Notes: generated by a model from the letters alone, not told the origin. Shown: positions 1-10,578, counted from the stretch's first letter. The stretch is DNA of 39,805 nt from Fidelibacterota bacterium (GCA_046861385.1 JBHHTW010000017.1:1-39805), one strand, 5' to 3'. Translations and numbers: made by a program.

Positions 1-94
1 TGGCGGAGAGGGAGAGATTCGAACTCTCGAACCAGATTATCTCCGGTTACCCACTTAGCAGGCGGGCGCCTTCAGCCAGCTCGGCCACCTCTCC
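1..94 (-). tRNA. tRNA-Ser (anticodon GCT), long variable arm, encoded CCA
   Basis: The reverse complement reads GGAGAGG...CCCGC-CT-GCT-AA-GTGGG...GTTCGAATC...CCTCTCCGCCA. Acceptor stem, anticodon loop, long variable arm, T loop and CCA end are all present. Confidence 0.97.
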
Positions 95-123
95 AAGTAT
101 TTTTTTATTGTTTTACGGCGGAG

Positions 124-152
124 AAATTAGCCATCTGATTAAGCACGTACAA
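124..152 (-). promoter_or_regulatory. sigma70-type promoter for tRNA-Ser
   Basis: Minus strand TTGTAC-N17-TAATTT, followed by a GC-rich discriminator-like CTCCGCCG about 25 nt upstream of the tRNA 5' end. Confidence 0.6.
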
Positions 153-1233
153 ACTGTTTCCCGCTCAATTGTATCACAACTCCTTTTAACTCCATTCCTA
201 ATAGTAATTGAAGTGTCTTTGTCAATGGGACGCCTGATTTGGACACAATATCATCAATATGTAATGGTTGATGATTGAGAAAGTTAAATAACACTCTTTC
301 GTTATCCGTCAATTGAAGGTTAATTTTTTCTTGCACGGATTTCCGTGGTTTGAACAATTTAGGTTGAATACTCTGAATAACCTGTTTACCACGTTCTACT
401 GGAAATGCTCCATGTCGAATCAAACGAATCGTTCCCTTGCTTTGCGGGTCAGTAACTCTTCCGGGTACAGCAAATACATCCCTATTTTGATCCACAGCAT
501 TTAATGCTGTTAAGATAGCGCCGCTTCGGTGGCCGGCTTCAATAACAACGGTTGCATGAGACAGTCCACTAATAATTCGATTGCGTTGCGGAAAATTACC
601 TGCATCCGGTTTGGTTCCAAATCTGAATTCGGAAATCACGGTTCCTTTTTGGCATATATCGTGAAATAGTTTTCTATTTTCAGCAGGATAAATCACATCA
701 ATTCCGCTCCCAAGGACTGCAATAGTTCTGGCGTTATTTTTTACAGTTTCTTTATGAGAAATTGTATCAATCCCTCGGGCAAGACCGCTGACAACAGTAA
801 TACCGGCAGAATTCAAGTCCTTTGTAATAGACTGGGTCATCGTTTTGCCATAGGGTGTATATTTTCTTGTACCCACTACTGCCACTGAATCTTCTTCACT
901 TATTAAGGGTTGACCTTTGGTAAACAAAATTGCAGGTGGATCATAAATCTTTTTTAGCATGACAGGATATTCTTTATCCCATATAGTGATAATAGATACG
1001 TTTGATTTTTCGGCTTTTTCAAGTTCTTTTTCACCAAATGCGAAGTCATTATAATTCAATATTGATTCAGCCAGAGCGATATCGATACCGGACTTTAGAC
1101 ACAATTCTTTTTTTGAAACGCTGAAGACAGCATCGCCATTTTTAAAATGGGCTATAATGTTTCGGACCCGGTGGGAACCAAGTTTCGGTACATTTAATAA
1201 ATTTAGTATTTGGACGAGATCAGTCTTTTTCAT
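139..1233 (-). CDS. dprA: DNA-processing protein DprA (Smf)
   Basis: Motifs YP..LK.IYDPP, AVVGTR, VSGLARGID, FPQRNRIISGLS and VFAVPG, plus a C-terminal winged-helix-like segment. Confidence 0.96.
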   Translation of the reverse strand: MKKTDLVQILNLLNVPKLGSHRVRNIIAHFKNGDAVFSVSKKELCLKSGIDIALAESILNYNDFAFGEKELEKAEKSNVSIITIWDKEYPVMLKKIYDPPAILFTKGQPLISEEDSVAVVGTRKYTPYGKTMTQSITKDLNSAGITVVSGLARGIDTISHKETVKNNARTIAVLGSGIDVIYPAENRKLFHDICQKGTVISEFRFGTKPDAGNFPQRNRIISGLSHATVVIEAGHRSGAILTALNAVDQNRDVFAVPGRVTDPQSKGTIRLIRHGAFPVERGKQVIQSIQPKLFKPRKSVQEKINLQLTDNERVLFNFLNHQPLHIDDIVSKSGVPLTKTLQLLLGMELKGVVIQLSGKQFVRA

Positions 1234-2194
1234 GCAATAATTTAGTTAACCGGGATATCAATTCTTTGATACCACTATTCGTAACAGATGAAATATCAAT
1301 AATACCAGTCATATTTAGCCAATATGTGTCTGTATTTTCATTTTTTAAGTCCATTTTGGACCTGACAATTAAACACGGCTTTTTCTCTAAATCAGGATTA
1401 TATTTTTTGATTTCTGATGATAAGGTGTCGAAAACAGATTGCGGATTAACTTCCGTGCAATCTATTAAATACAGTAAAACTTTTGTTCGTTCTACATGTT
1501 TTAAAAATTGATGTCCTAATCCTTTTCCTTTAGCTGCACCTTCTATCAGACCGGGAATGTCAGCCATCACAAATGATTGGAAATCACCATATTTAACAAT
1601 ACCAAGATTGGGTTCGAGTGTCGTAAATGGATAATCTGCTATTTTTGGACGAGCTGAGGATACTACGGATAATAAAGTAGATTTTCCTGCATTTGGAAGT
1701 CCGACCAATCCGACATCAGCAAGAATCTTTAATTCAATTGAAAATGTTTCCGATTCACCTTCAATGCCCGGTTGGGCATAACGAGGTGTTTGATGAATAG
1801 CAGATTTAAATTGTGCGTTCCCTTTTCCTCCTTTTCCACCAGCTAATGCAATAAATACTTCGTTATCATTTACAAGATCAGCCACTACTTCTCCGCTATG
1901 TTCAATTTTTATGACAGTTCCCAATGGGACCTTTATTATCGAGTTTTCTCCATTTTTTCCTGTCTTTTGATTAGAAGATCCTGATTGGCCATTTTGGGCT
2001 TTATATATTCTTTTATATCGTATATCCTGAAGCGTGTGAAGTTGTTTGTCAGCTTGGAATATGATATCACCGCCTTTACCACCATCACCACCGTCGGGTC
2101 CTCCTTTGGGTACATATTTTTCTCTGCGAAATGTTATCGCTCCGGCACCACCTTTCCCCGATGTGCATTTTAAAACTGTATAATCAATAAACAT
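1220..2194 (-). CDS. obgE: GTPase ObgE/CgtA (short form)
   Basis: Gly-rich Obg fold FRREKYVPKGGPDGGDGG, G1 GLPNAGKST, YPFTT and DIPGLIEGA. Confidence 0.97.
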   Translation of the reverse strand: MFIDYTVLKCTSGKGGAGAITFRREKYVPKGGPDGGDGGKGGDIIFQADKQLHTLQDIRYKRIYKAQNGQSGSSNQKTGKNGENSIIKVPLGTVIKIEHSGEVVADLVNDNEVFIALAGGKGGKGNAQFKSAIHQTPRYAQPGIEGESETFSIELKILADVGLVGLPNAGKSTLLSVVSSARPKIADYPFTTLEPNLGIVKYGDFQSFVMADIPGLIEGAAKGKGLGHQFLKHVERTKVLLYLIDCTEVNPQSVFDTLSSEIKKYNPDLEKKPCLIVRSKMDLKNENTDTYWLNMTGIIDISSVTNSGIKELISRLTKLLHEKD

Positions 2195-2378
2195 TATATT
2201 TTAGGGGGCCGGTGTAAAACGGTTGCTTTCGTAAAAAAACGATTAACATTGGTTTAATGAAGACGAGAAATGTAATTAACAGAATCCGTATTAATAAATA
2301 TTCCAATGAAATGCATTCTATAATTAACCTTTTTAATTTGTGCAATAGACTTTGCATATTACTCATATAATTTAAAAC

Positions 2379-2409
2379 AAAAAAAAGTGCGCAAACAGCG
2401 CACCTTTTT
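2379..2409 (-). terminator. Rho-independent terminator after icd (possibly bidirectional)
   Basis: Stem gtgcgc-aaaca-gcgcac at 2387-2403. An A8 run at 2379-2386 gives a U-tract on the minus strand, and there is a T5 run on the other side. Confidence 0.85.
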
Positions 2410-2429
2410 GTAATTTATTTAATTCTGGT

Positions 2430-3671
2430 CTACAAATTACCAATCACAGCTTCTGCAAAACCTGATGTTGATAATTTACTCGCACCTTTCATTTGTCTTT
2501 CAAGATCATAGGTGACTTTTTTCTGCTTAATGGTTCTGCCAATGGCTTTTGTAATCAAATTACCCGCTTCCTGCCATCCCATATGTTCCAACATCATTAC
2601 ACCAGAAAGAATAAGAGAGCCGGGGTTAACCTTGTTTTGGTTAGCATATTTGGGTGCAGTTCCATGAGTGGCTTCAAATAAAGCAATATGATCAGACATG
2701 TTAGCTCCCGGAGCTAGACCTAGACCACCTACTTGCGCTGCACAAGCATCGGATAAATAGTCGCCATTTAAATTTGTTGTGGCTAGAACGTCGTATTCAT
2801 CAGGTCTCAAAAGTACTTGCTGAAACATTGCATCTGCAATCCGGTCTTTGATAACTATTTTATCTGTAGCCATTCCCTCAAGTTTTTCCCAATAATCCTT
2901 TTCAGTAATAACAAGATCAGAAAATTCATCTTTCGCTAATTCATAGCACCAGTCCCGAAAGCTCCCTTCGGTAAATTTCATAATATTTCCTTTATGAACG
3001 ATGGTAACACTTTTCCTATGATGACCGATAGCATACTCAACTGATTTTCTGAACAACCGTTTAGAACCAAAGGGACTAATAGGCTTAATACCTATCCCTG
3101 AAAACTCCCTAATTTCTTTATTAAATTCCTCACGTATTATTTTTATTAATTTATTTGCATTATCTGATCCGCTTTCCCATTCAATCCCGGAGTAAACATC
3201 TTCTGTATTTTCTCTGAAAATGATTACATTAAGTTTAGCCGGATGTGTAACCGGGCTGGGAACACCTTCGAAGTATTGAATCGGGCGTACACATGTAAAA
3301 AGATCTAACTGTTGCCGTAAAGCGACGTTTAAACTTCGAATCCCACCGCCAATTGGGGTCGTTAATGGACCTTTTATCGCGACAAAATATTTTTCAATCG
3401 CTTCAGGTGTCTCTTCCGGCAGCCATTTACCGAAATCATTATATGATTTTTCACCGGCATATATTTCCATCCAATGTATTTTCCGTTTTCCATTATACGC
3501 TTTATCAATTGCGGCATTAAAAATCATTTCTGATGCTCTCCAGATATCCGGACCGATTCCGTCCCCTTCGATATATGGAATAATTGGATTATCCGGAACG
3601 ATTAGCTGGTGGTTAACAAGTCGAATCTTTTCCCCCTTATTTGGGACAGTATAATGTGTTTTATCTGACAT
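2430..3671 (-). CDS. icd: NADP-dependent isocitrate dehydrogenase (E. coli type)
   Basis: [49 protein letters not shown] and [12 protein letters not shown]. Confidence 0.97.
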   Translation of the reverse strand: MSDKTHYTVPNKGEKIRLVNHQLIVPDNPIIPYIEGDGIGPDIWRASEMIFNAAIDKAYNGKRKIHWMEIYAGEKSYNDFGKWLPEETPEAIEKYFVAIKGPLTTPIGGGIRSLNVALRQQLDLFTCVRPIQYFEGVPSPVTHPAKLNVIIFRENTEDVYSGIEWESGSDNANKLIKIIREEFNKEIREFSGIGIKPISPFGSKRLFRKSVEYAIGHHRKSVTIVHKGNIMKFTEGSFRDWCYELAKDEFSDLVITEKDYWEKLEGMATDKIVIKDRIADAMFQQVLLRPDEYDVLATTNLNGDYLSDACAAQVGGLGLAPGANMSDHIALFEATHGTAPKYANQNKVNPGSLILSGVMMLEHMGWQEAGNLITKAIGRTIKQKKVTYDLERQMKGASKLSTSGFAEAVIGNL

Positions 3672-3673
3672 CT

Positions 3674-3925
3674 TTATGGGTCTTTCTTTTCTATTTTGTT
3701 TGGTTCTTTTTTGGGTTTTGATTGTTCTTTGGGTACAGACTTTTTGTTCTTGTAATCGGTTAAATAATAGCCGCTGCCCTTAAATATTAAACCGGTTCCT
3801 CCGCTGACAACTCTTCGAACTTGACCGTGGCAGGACGGACACTCTTCCACTGACGGATCAGACATTGATTGAAAAATTTCAAAAATATGTCCGCAATCTT
3901 TGCAGATGTAATCGTATGTTGGCAT
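3674..3925 (-). CDS. FmdB-family zinc-ribbon protein
   Basis: [13 protein letters not shown]...CPSC...[11 protein letters not shown], followed by a Lys-rich tail. Confidence 0.92.
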   Translation of the reverse strand: MPTYDYICKDCGHIFEIFQSMSDPSVEECPSCHGQVRRVVSGGTGLIFKGSGYYLTDYKNKKSVPKEQSKPKKEPNKIEKKDP

Positions 3926-3969
3926 TTACCTTCTTATAGACTGAAAATTGGGTGGAAATATACTGAAAT

Positions 3970-4452
3970 TCAGTTATTCAATTTTCGATGTAATTGATCT
4001 AAAACATATGGAGGAACATAGTCTTTAACATCCCCGTTTAGTTTAACTATATTTTTTAATACCGACGAGTTTAAGTGAATATATTTTTCATCCGGCATCA
4101 TAAAAATGGTTGTGATTTCCGGGGCCATATGATAATTCATCATCGCCATTTGAAACTCATATTCAAAATCACTGACGTGACGCAGTCCTCTTACAATGGC
4201 TAATGCGGATGATTTATTCGCATAATCAACCAATAATTCCCCAGTGGTTTCCACTTTAATATTAGGTAATTGTTGAGTTGATTCTAGAATCATGTCCATT
4301 CTTTCATCAACAGAGAAGAGAGGGTTTTTATCAGGATTGGATGCCACTACTATGATCAATTCATCAAATAATTTTGATGCTCGCTCTGCGATATCTAAAT
4401 GACCATTTGTTATGGGGTCAAAGGTTCCAGGATAAATTATTTTTCGCATCAT
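3970..4452 (-). CDS. coaD: pantetheine-phosphate adenylyltransferase
   Basis: YPGTFDPITNGHLDI, IVRGLR..SDFEYE. The start is probably an ATG overlapping the rsmD stop (4452 or 4449). Confidence 0.96.
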   Translation of the reverse strand: MMRKIIYPGTFDPITNGHLDIAERASKLFDELIIVVASNPDKNPLFSVDERMDMILESTQQLPNIKVETTGELLVDYANKSSALAIVRGLRHVSDFEYEFQMAMMNYHMAPEITTIFMMPDEKYIHLNSSVLKNIVKLNGDVKDYVPPYVLDQLHRKLNN

Positions 4453-4952
4453 GCCCAAATGTTTAACTGAGTATCCCCATAAATTCTTACTCTTGCACCG
4501 CTTGGCAAAGGAGCTCCTTTTTCTGATTCAAGTATAAAACGACCATTTTTATTTATATGTTCCAACGATAATTTAACTAGTTTTGATAACTCGTCGCTAC
4601 GATAAGGTGGATCAGCAAATATGATGTCAAACTCCCCGCAAGTTGCTAAATATGAAAGAGCAGAATTATTAATTACCGTAAACATTTCATCATTAAAATA
4701 TTGAATATTTTCGTGCAAAAGCCTTATAAATTTTAATTGTGTTTCGACAAATATAACTTGCGATGCTCCCCTGCTTGCTGCTTCAAAACCAATAATACCT
4801 GTCCCTGCATAAAGATCTAAAAATGTTACACCATCCAAAGGTCCCAATATATCAAATAAACTTTTACGAATTTTGGATTGTGTGGGTCGATAGGACTTGG
4901 TCTGTATCGTTTTAATCGATCGGCCTTTGCATGAGCCCGCCAAAATGCGCAT
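4449..4952 (-). CDS. rsmD: 16S rRNA m2G966 methyltransferase RsmD-like
   Basis: MRILAG..KGR, RPT, LDLYAGTG, EAASRGA and FADPPY; conserved rsmD-coaD synteny. Confidence 0.9.
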   Translation of the reverse strand: MRILAGSCKGRSIKTIQTKSYRPTQSKIRKSLFDILGPLDGVTFLDLYAGTGIIGFEAASRGASQVIFVETQLKFIRLLHENIQYFNDEMFTVINNSALSYLATCGEFDIIFADPPYRSDELSKLVKLSLEHINKNGRFILESEKGAPLPSGARVRIYGDTQLNIWA

Positions 4953-6673
4953 TATTTGAGCTTCCGCTCAAATACGGAAATATAAAACACCGTTTGTGAT
5001 TCACCAGTTGTTGGTTGGGTTTTAATGACTACTTTTCGTAATAATACATTCTCATTCTGATGCTTAATTATCTCAAATATTGCTTTTCTATTTTGTTCCC
5101 CCTTTATTTTTACAATAAATGGAGTTTGAATAAAATGCCCTTTATCGATTGGAGCTAAATGTTCAACCACTCCGTCTAAATTGCTTAGAGCATCTTCAAA
5201 AGTCTGTATTGTGGTATATTCACCGGTAATTGTAGCATTTATTTCGTTTAATCGGTAATTGTAATGATGCACAAAGCCACCACAGCAATCTATCTCACTA
5301 TGTGAATAATTCAGAACTGATCCGATATCTGATAAATCCACTTCAATTTTCTCACCGTTTACGATTTCCAATTGCAAATCTACATTACTCAGGGATATGA
5401 AGGAAACTTGAACCGATTTATATTTTGAATAAATGTTATCAACAGCATTAATCATTGTGCTGGATTGATTCATTAGGGTCACTAAGGGTTTGGGATAGTT
5501 TGGATCATGTCGAACTTTGTCTGAATGAATCTTTTTGTTAGGAGAAACTGTCTTGGAAAATGGGGATAGGATTTTATCACTATTTTTTAAATAAATAGAC
5601 GAAAGCAACGCTAGGAACATTATGATTACAGTTAAAAAACTGACCATTTTATTCGAATCAATACTCATTTTTGTTTTTGACTTTACTTTTGATTTTTTCG
5701 CCGGAATTTTTTCGACTTTTTTAATCGTTTCAGAAATTTCATCAGAATTCTTCTTTTTTAAATCCTTCGTTTTACTTTTTACAATTCCTTCAGGCTCAAA
5801 GAAATTTATTTTTGACCGACTGAATAACTTATCACTTAACATGGTTTGAATTGCCAATAAATGATAAGAATAAAAATCGAATGATTCTCCAGTCTCATTA
5901 ATTGCAGTATGAAACGGTGAAATATGCTTTCCGTCAAAACCTGACCAATGATCCAACCGTGTTTTTGATAATGTATCAATAAAATAAATGGTATTTAATT
6001 TTCTTTTCGACGTTTTCGGATTTAACATTATTAGATTGGAAATCTCATCTTTAAAATCAAAAGCGTTTGAAATGTTTATTGCACCTTTGATAAATCGAAT
6101 TGAACTCATTAATAACTGTTTATGATTTACAATCACAAGATTATACGTGCTTCCATTATCTGAACACACTCCAAAAGACCTGTTTGCTGAACCGCTAAAT
6201 GTCAATGATTCCGTCCCAAACCAAATCGGAGAGGCGCCAAACTCATTTAGGGATAGTTTTATTGACGAAATATAAATATTTGGAACTTGTAGAACATGTA
6301 TTTTATGATTCTGTATTTGTTCAGCAAAAGTATGATAATCGGCGGAAGTATCACCAAACCTCTGGGTTTTTTGCCATTGAATAAAGTCCCAGCTGTCATC
6401 CATATTAGTATGAGGATCCACTTCTGTGAAATCATGATGAACCCAATGGTCAGGAATGGTAATAAACACTTCATGACCATCCAAAGCGACCTCATTTCTT
6501 ATGGACGTTAATGCCTGATCAAAAAGACTTTTAAATAATACTTGGTCTTTCCGTTCTTGGTCAAGGTCTCCTGAAATAGGAATTTGGGAAATTTGTGTTA
6601 ATATAGATTGATCGGCTGTATGAGACCATACAGTACATAATAAATGAGAGCGACTAAAAGAAAGATAAATCAC
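4952..6673 (-). CDS. bitopic membrane protein, putative degenerate PilM/PilN (GspL-like) fusion
   Basis: About 290-aa N-terminal domain reminiscent of actin-like PilM, KINFFEP (INLLP-like), a Lys-rich linker, one TM helix (MVSFLTVIIMFLALLSSIYL) and a periplasmic C-domain. It lies next to a pilin-like gene and comEA. The CDS is clear; the family call is tentative. Confidence 0.45.
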   Translation of the reverse strand: MIYLSFSRSHLLCTVWSHTADQSILTQISQIPISGDLDQERKDQVLFKSLFDQALTSIRNEVALDGHEVFITIPDHWVHHDFTEVDPHTNMDDSWDFIQWQKTQRFGDTSADYHTFAEQIQNHKIHVLQVPNIYISSIKLSLNEFGASPIWFGTESLTFSGSANRSFGVCSDNGSTYNLVIVNHKQLLMSSIRFIKGAINISNAFDFKDEISNLIMLNPKTSKRKLNTIYFIDTLSKTRLDHWSGFDGKHISPFHTAINETGESFDFYSYHLLAIQTMLSDKLFSRSKINFFEPEGIVKSKTKDLKKKNSDEISETIKKVEKIPAKKSKVKSKTKMSIDSNKMVSFLTVIIMFLALLSSIYLKNSDKILSPFSKTVSPNKKIHSDKVRHDPNYPKPLVTLMNQSSTMINAVDNIYSKYKSVQVSFISLSNVDLQLEIVNGEKIEVDLSDIGSVLNYSHSEIDCCGGFVHHYNYRLNEINATITGEYTTIQTFEDALSNLDGVVEHLAPIDKGHFIQTPFIVKIKGEQNRKAIFEIIKHQNENVLLRKVVIKTQPTTGESQTVFYISVFERKLK

Positions 6674-6682
6674 AGAGAGACG

Positions 6683-7438
6683 CTAGTCCCAACTGCGGAT
6701 ACCGTCGCTTATATAACCATGGTTTTGGGCTTTAAACGAAAAAATCAAATAACGACGTTCTTTATATACATCAGTGATCGGACTAGCCACGCGAACACTA
6801 TTATTATCCTCTGAAATAGTAATTTGATAGAGATCCTTGGTTAGGGGACAATTCAACATGAATTGTGATGGCTGGTAAGAATCATAATAGTTTATTAATT
6901 CAGTCCTCAGTTTTATTTCGGTCCCTACTTGAGCGACAAAATTTGCGTTTCCTTCAAATTCCTTCAATTTATTATGTGGTATAAATATCGTATCGTTCCT
7001 TCCCAATTCTTCTGAAAAGAGTACAATAGTATGCGTCGTATCAATGATAGTATCTCTTCGTGTTCTGGCATATCCAAAGGTGGTATCAAACTCAACATCA
7101 AACCCTTTTGGAATATTAACAGAAATCGTTTTTCCATCTAAGGTGAGTGTTTTTTCACCTAAATAGGTAGAATCAGCATGTAAAGAGTCTCGAATTGCAT
7201 TGATGAGATCCATTGCCCATTCGCCCTCACTATTGAATGAGTCGGTAAGTGTGTTATAAAACATTTCGGCATCATAAACATTTTGAATATTAAATCTACT
7301 TTCCTCTTCGATATTTGATTCTTCAACCCAAATTGCTTTGGGAACATATATTGTTATGATCATAAAAATCAAAGATAAGACAATAAATAATTCCAAATAA
7401 TCGGATTTTCTCTGTCGCTTTTTAATTTTATTATCCAT
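6683..7438 (-). CDS. type IV pilin/pseudopilin-like protein with degenerate cleavage site
   Basis: Basic leader, then LELFIVLSLIFMIITIYVP with Glu and Pro 17 residues apart (pilin E5/P22 spacing), followed by an amphipathic helix. Confidence 0.55.
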   Translation of the reverse strand: MDNKIKKRQRKSDYLELFIVLSLIFMIITIYVPKAIWVEESNIEEESRFNIQNVYDAEMFYNTLTDSFNSEGEWAMDLINAIRDSLHADSTYLGEKTLTLDGKTISVNIPKGFDVEFDTTFGYARTRRDTIIDTTHTIVLFSEELGRNDTIFIPHNKLKEFEGNANFVAQVGTEIKLRTELINYYDSYQPSQFMLNCPLTKDLYQITISEDNNSVRVASPITDVYKERRYLIFSFKAQNHGYISDGIRSWD

Positions 7439-7871
7439 TTTTACCTATCGTAATAAAGGGTTTTATTTTATCAAGTGTTTTGGAACCGATTCCTTTAATC
7501 TTTAATAAATCATCAACTGATTTAAAAGGTCCATAGTCGGTTCTAAACCGTATAATTCTCTCAGCTGTAACAGGACCAACTTTGGGTAAAGTTAATAATT
7601 CTGTTTTATTTGCTGTATTTATATCCAAGGATTTTACAGATTTTTCATCCTCAATGTCATCCGTTTTTGTTAATGGTTTTTTATTTATCATTGAATCGGA
7701 GTTTACTATGTTTTTTGTCGAACGCTTGAATGATTCGGTTTCTTCTTCAATTTGCTGCGAAAAATCTTGAGAAAAATATGTATTTCTTACGATTCCAATT
7801 ATTAATCCTACAGCAAGTGATAAAGTCAAAAATTTCATAATCATTTTTTCCTGACTCGTCAGAAGAGTCAT
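7431..7871 (-). CDS. comEA: ComEA-family DNA-binding protein (helix-hairpin-helix)
   Basis: N-terminal TM helix, then DINTA...LLTLPKVGPVTAERII...GPFKSVDDLLKIKGIG. Confidence 0.9.
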   Translation of the reverse strand: MTLLTSQEKMIMKFLTLSLAVGLIIGIVRNTYFSQDFSQQIEEETESFKRSTKNIVNSDSMINKKPLTKTDDIEDEKSVKSLDINTANKTELLTLPKVGPVTAERIIRFRTDYGPFKSVDDLLKIKGIGSKTLDKIKPFITIGKNG

Positions 7872-8995
7872 TATAACACTATTTTCTTAAAAGGATTCTT
7901 AATTTTGTCTTCATTATCTGCCATTTCTTTCAATAGTGATTTTTGTTTTCGATTAAGTCCTTTTGGCGTTTCAATTTGAATTTTAATGAGTTGATCTCCA
8001 CGAGAATTACTTCTTAATCTGGGGAATCCTTTATTCCTCATTCGGAGGATTTGTCCCGATTGGATACCCGCCGGTATTTTCAATTTTACTTTACCTCCTT
8101 CAATTGTGGGGACCCGCATTTCTCCTCCTAAAGCTGCTAGACTGAAAGGAATCAAGGCTTCCAGAAAAATGTGTTCACCATCCCGAGTAAAGTAAGGATG
8201 ATCTTCTACTTCAAAGAAAACAACGAGGTCTCCAGCAGGATATCCTGCCTCCCCTTTATTCCCTTGATTATTTAGGCGCATATAATTACCTGATTCAACA
8301 CCTGCAGGAATTTTCACTTTGACCGAAACAGTTTTTCGAACTAAACCACTGTGACAGTCTTTGCATGGTTTGGTAACTACCTTTCCTGATCCCTTGCAAA
8401 TGGGACATTCTCTTTCAACAACAGATTGAAAAATGAAAGATTGAGACATTTGCCTCACTCGCCCCGCTCCCCCGCATTGTTGACACGTTGTTGCGGTAGT
8501 TCCATAGGCGGCACCACTTCCGTTACATGTGTTACAATGCTCCAAACGTTTGATTTTTATTGTTTTTTCAATGCCTGTGACGATTTCTTTATAGGTTAAG
8601 GTAACGGTTGCCCGAAGATCTTTCCCCTTTCGACCAGAAGGTCTTTCCCGACGTCCTCCTCCAAAAATGCTTCCGAAAACATCATCACCAAAAATATCTC
8701 CAAATTGACTGAAAATATCATCCATTGACATATGATGAAATCCACCACTTTGAAATCCTTGTGATTGATCTCCCATTCCAACACCCGCGTGGCCAAATTG
8801 ATCGTAACGCTGACGTTTTTTATCATCACTTAACACACTATACGCCTCAGCCGATTCCTTAAAAATGGTTTCTGATGTTTTATCATCTGGATTCTTATCC
8901 GGATGATGTTTTAAGGCTACCTTACGATAGGCTTTTTTTATTTCATCCTTGGTTGCATTTTTATCCACTCCCAATATTTCATATAAATCTTTCAT
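7871..8995 (-). CDS. dnaJ: chaperone DnaJ
   Basis: J domain with HPD, G/F-rich region, four CxxC(xGxG) repeats and the C-terminal domain. Confidence 0.97.
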   Translation of the reverse strand: MKDLYEILGVDKNATKDEIKKAYRKVALKHHPDKNPDDKTSETIFKESAEAYSVLSDDKKRQRYDQFGHAGVGMGDQSQGFQSGGFHHMSMDDIFSQFGDIFGDDVFGSIFGGGRRERPSGRKGKDLRATVTLTYKEIVTGIEKTIKIKRLEHCNTCNGSGAAYGTTATTCQQCGGAGRVRQMSQSFIFQSVVERECPICKGSGKVVTKPCKDCHSGLVRKTVSVKVKIPAGVESGNYMRLNNQGNKGEAGYPAGDLVVFFEVEDHPYFTRDGEHIFLEALIPFSLAALGGEMRVPTIEGGKVKLKIPAGIQSGQILRMRNKGFPRLRSNSRGDQLIKIQIETPKGLNRKQKSLLKEMADNEDKIKNPFKKIVL

Positions 8996-9519
8996 GATGC
9001 ATTCACAACTACTTTTGCATGACGAATAATTCGATCTTTATATTTAAATCCTTTTTCAAATATTTCTATAATTTCGTTTTCCTTCCGTCCCTTTTCTTCA
9101 CGAACCATTAATGCTTCATGCAATTCTGAATCCAAAATATCCCCAATTTCGCCAAATGATGTTATCTGATATTCATCAAACAACTTGCGAATTTTAAGTA
9201 ATATTAATTCAATTCCTTTTTGAATGGATTCACCGGCATCCTTTTGCTCAGGATGTTCCAACGCAGCTTTCATTCGATTTAAATCATCTGTAACTGATAG
9301 AATATGTTTTAATACATCTTCACCTTCGTAACGAATTAGACGGATAATTTCTTTTTCCTTTCGTTTTCGAAAATTATTGAACTCAGCTTTCAAACGAATA
9401 TGTTTATCCTCCATCTCACTTAATTGAAGTGTGAGTTCTTCTATATTTCTTTCCAATTGCTGTTCTTTTGTTTTTTTAATATTTTTTGATTTTGCTTTGG
9501 TTTTGGTTTTAGCAGACAC
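8992..9519 (-). CDS. grpE: nucleotide exchange factor GrpE
   Basis: [18 protein letters not shown] and KGF....[10 protein letters not shown]. Confidence 0.95.
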   Translation of the reverse strand: MSAKTKTKAKSKNIKKTKEQQLERNIEELTLQLSEMEDKHIRLKAEFNNFRKRKEKEIIRLIRYEGEDVLKHILSVTDDLNRMKAALEHPEQKDAGESIQKGIELILLKIRKLFDEYQITSFGEIGDILDSELHEALMVREEKGRKENEIIEIFEKGFKYKDRIIRHAKVVVNAS

Positions 9520-10537
9520 GACTCATGATCTCCGAAAAATGATTTAATAATCCAGTAATTTTAGCATATGGAATGCGCGTTGGACCCATTATGCCTATTT
9601 GTCCTTGAAAGGATGATCCTCCAAACACATTGGTTACGATGGTGTAGTCCTTATAAAGATCATCGGGATTTTCCTCACCTATTAATAAATAATCACTCTT
9701 TTTATTTAGAAATGTATTAAAATATTGGTTAATGTTCTCATTATCAGCAGCGATCAGAATTTTTTGTAGATTTTCAACATGCTGATTTTCAGGTTGATCC
9801 AATAAATTCATGGTTGAAGAGGTATAGACTGACTGATTTTCAGGAATAGAAAAATGTTCTTTTGGATTTGTGAGTAAAATTTGAATGATCTCATGTTGAG
9901 AGTAAGGTGAATCTTTCATTCTAATCTGAATAGAATCTTGAATTTCTTTAAGTGTCAACCCTAATAATTTTTCCTTTAAAAGAGCTGTAACCTTAATTAA
10001 TTCACTTGCTTTAACTGACAGATGCAGATCGAGAACGATCGAACGAACGACACCAGATTTCATCCCCAGTATTACCATTACTCTATCCGTTGAAAGAGAC
10101 ACCAATTCAATTTCGTTTAAAATGCTTCGATCGAATTGAATGATCATAGAAATACCAAAGAGGTGGCTGATTTTTGACAGCATCGCCGCTGTCGTTTGCA
10201 ATAATTCAGATAAATTAGTAGAAATGGATGCCAATTCTTGTTCTATATATTCATAAGAAACCAGACCTGCATCTTTTTGTTCCATTAAATGATCAACATA
10301 AAAACGATAACCAAGATCAGTTGGGACACGTCCGGATGATGTATGGGTGTGCATAAGCAATTGTTTCTGTTCAAGACTAGCCATTGTATTTCTTAACGTC
10401 GCAGGACTGCATTTAAAGGAATGATTGGTCTTTAAGAAATTAGATCCGATCGGTACATTGGTCAGAATATAATCTTCTATTACCGCCTTAAGGACATGTT
10501 GTTCTCTCGAGGAGATTTTATTTAATAGTTGGTTCAT
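9509..10537 (-). CDS. hrcA: heat-inducible transcription repressor HrcA
   Basis: SPATLRNTM, HTSSGRVPTDLGYRFYVD and IGIMGPTRIPY. Confidence 0.96.
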   Translation of the reverse strand: MNQLLNKISSREQHVLKAVIEDYILTNVPIGSNFLKTNHSFKCSPATLRNTMASLEQKQLLMHTHTSSGRVPTDLGYRFYVDHLMEQKDAGLVSYEYIEQELASISTNLSELLQTTAAMLSKISHLFGISMIIQFDRSILNEIELVSLSTDRVMVILGMKSGVVRSIVLDLHLSVKASELIKVTALLKEKLLGLTLKEIQDSIQIRMKDSPYSQHEIIQILLTNPKEHFSIPENQSVYTSSTMNLLDQPENQHVENLQKILIAADNENINQYFNTFLNKKSDYLLIGEENPDDLYKDYTIVTNVFGGSSFQGQIGIMGPTRIPYAKITGLLNHFSEIMSRVC

Positions 10538-10548
10538 AAGGAATCTGA

Positions 10549-10578
10549 AATTTATAAAAATAAGCTAACTGTGAACAA
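10549..10578 (-). promoter_or_regulatory. putative promoter of hrcA-grpE-dnaJ
   Basis: Minus strand TTGTTC-N18-TAAATT, 11 nt upstream of the hrcA ATG. Confidence 0.4.

Noticed and set aside
117-124. 8-bp copy (ggcggaga) of the tRNA 3' end (positions 2-9) as a possible att site
   Set aside because: Too short, on the 5' side of the tRNA, no integrase nearby, and better explained as the promoter's GC-rich discriminator.
2341-2356. TGCAA-N6-TTGCA palindrome upstream of obgE
   Set aside because: 5-bp arms are expected by chance, and I recognise no matching regulator consensus.
2184-2366. 60-aa minus-strand ORF with a hydrophobic stretch between icd and obgE
   Set aside because: No SD or recognisable motif, and AT-rich intergenic DNA readily yields I/L/F-rich ORFs. 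It cannot be fully excluded as a small membrane protein.
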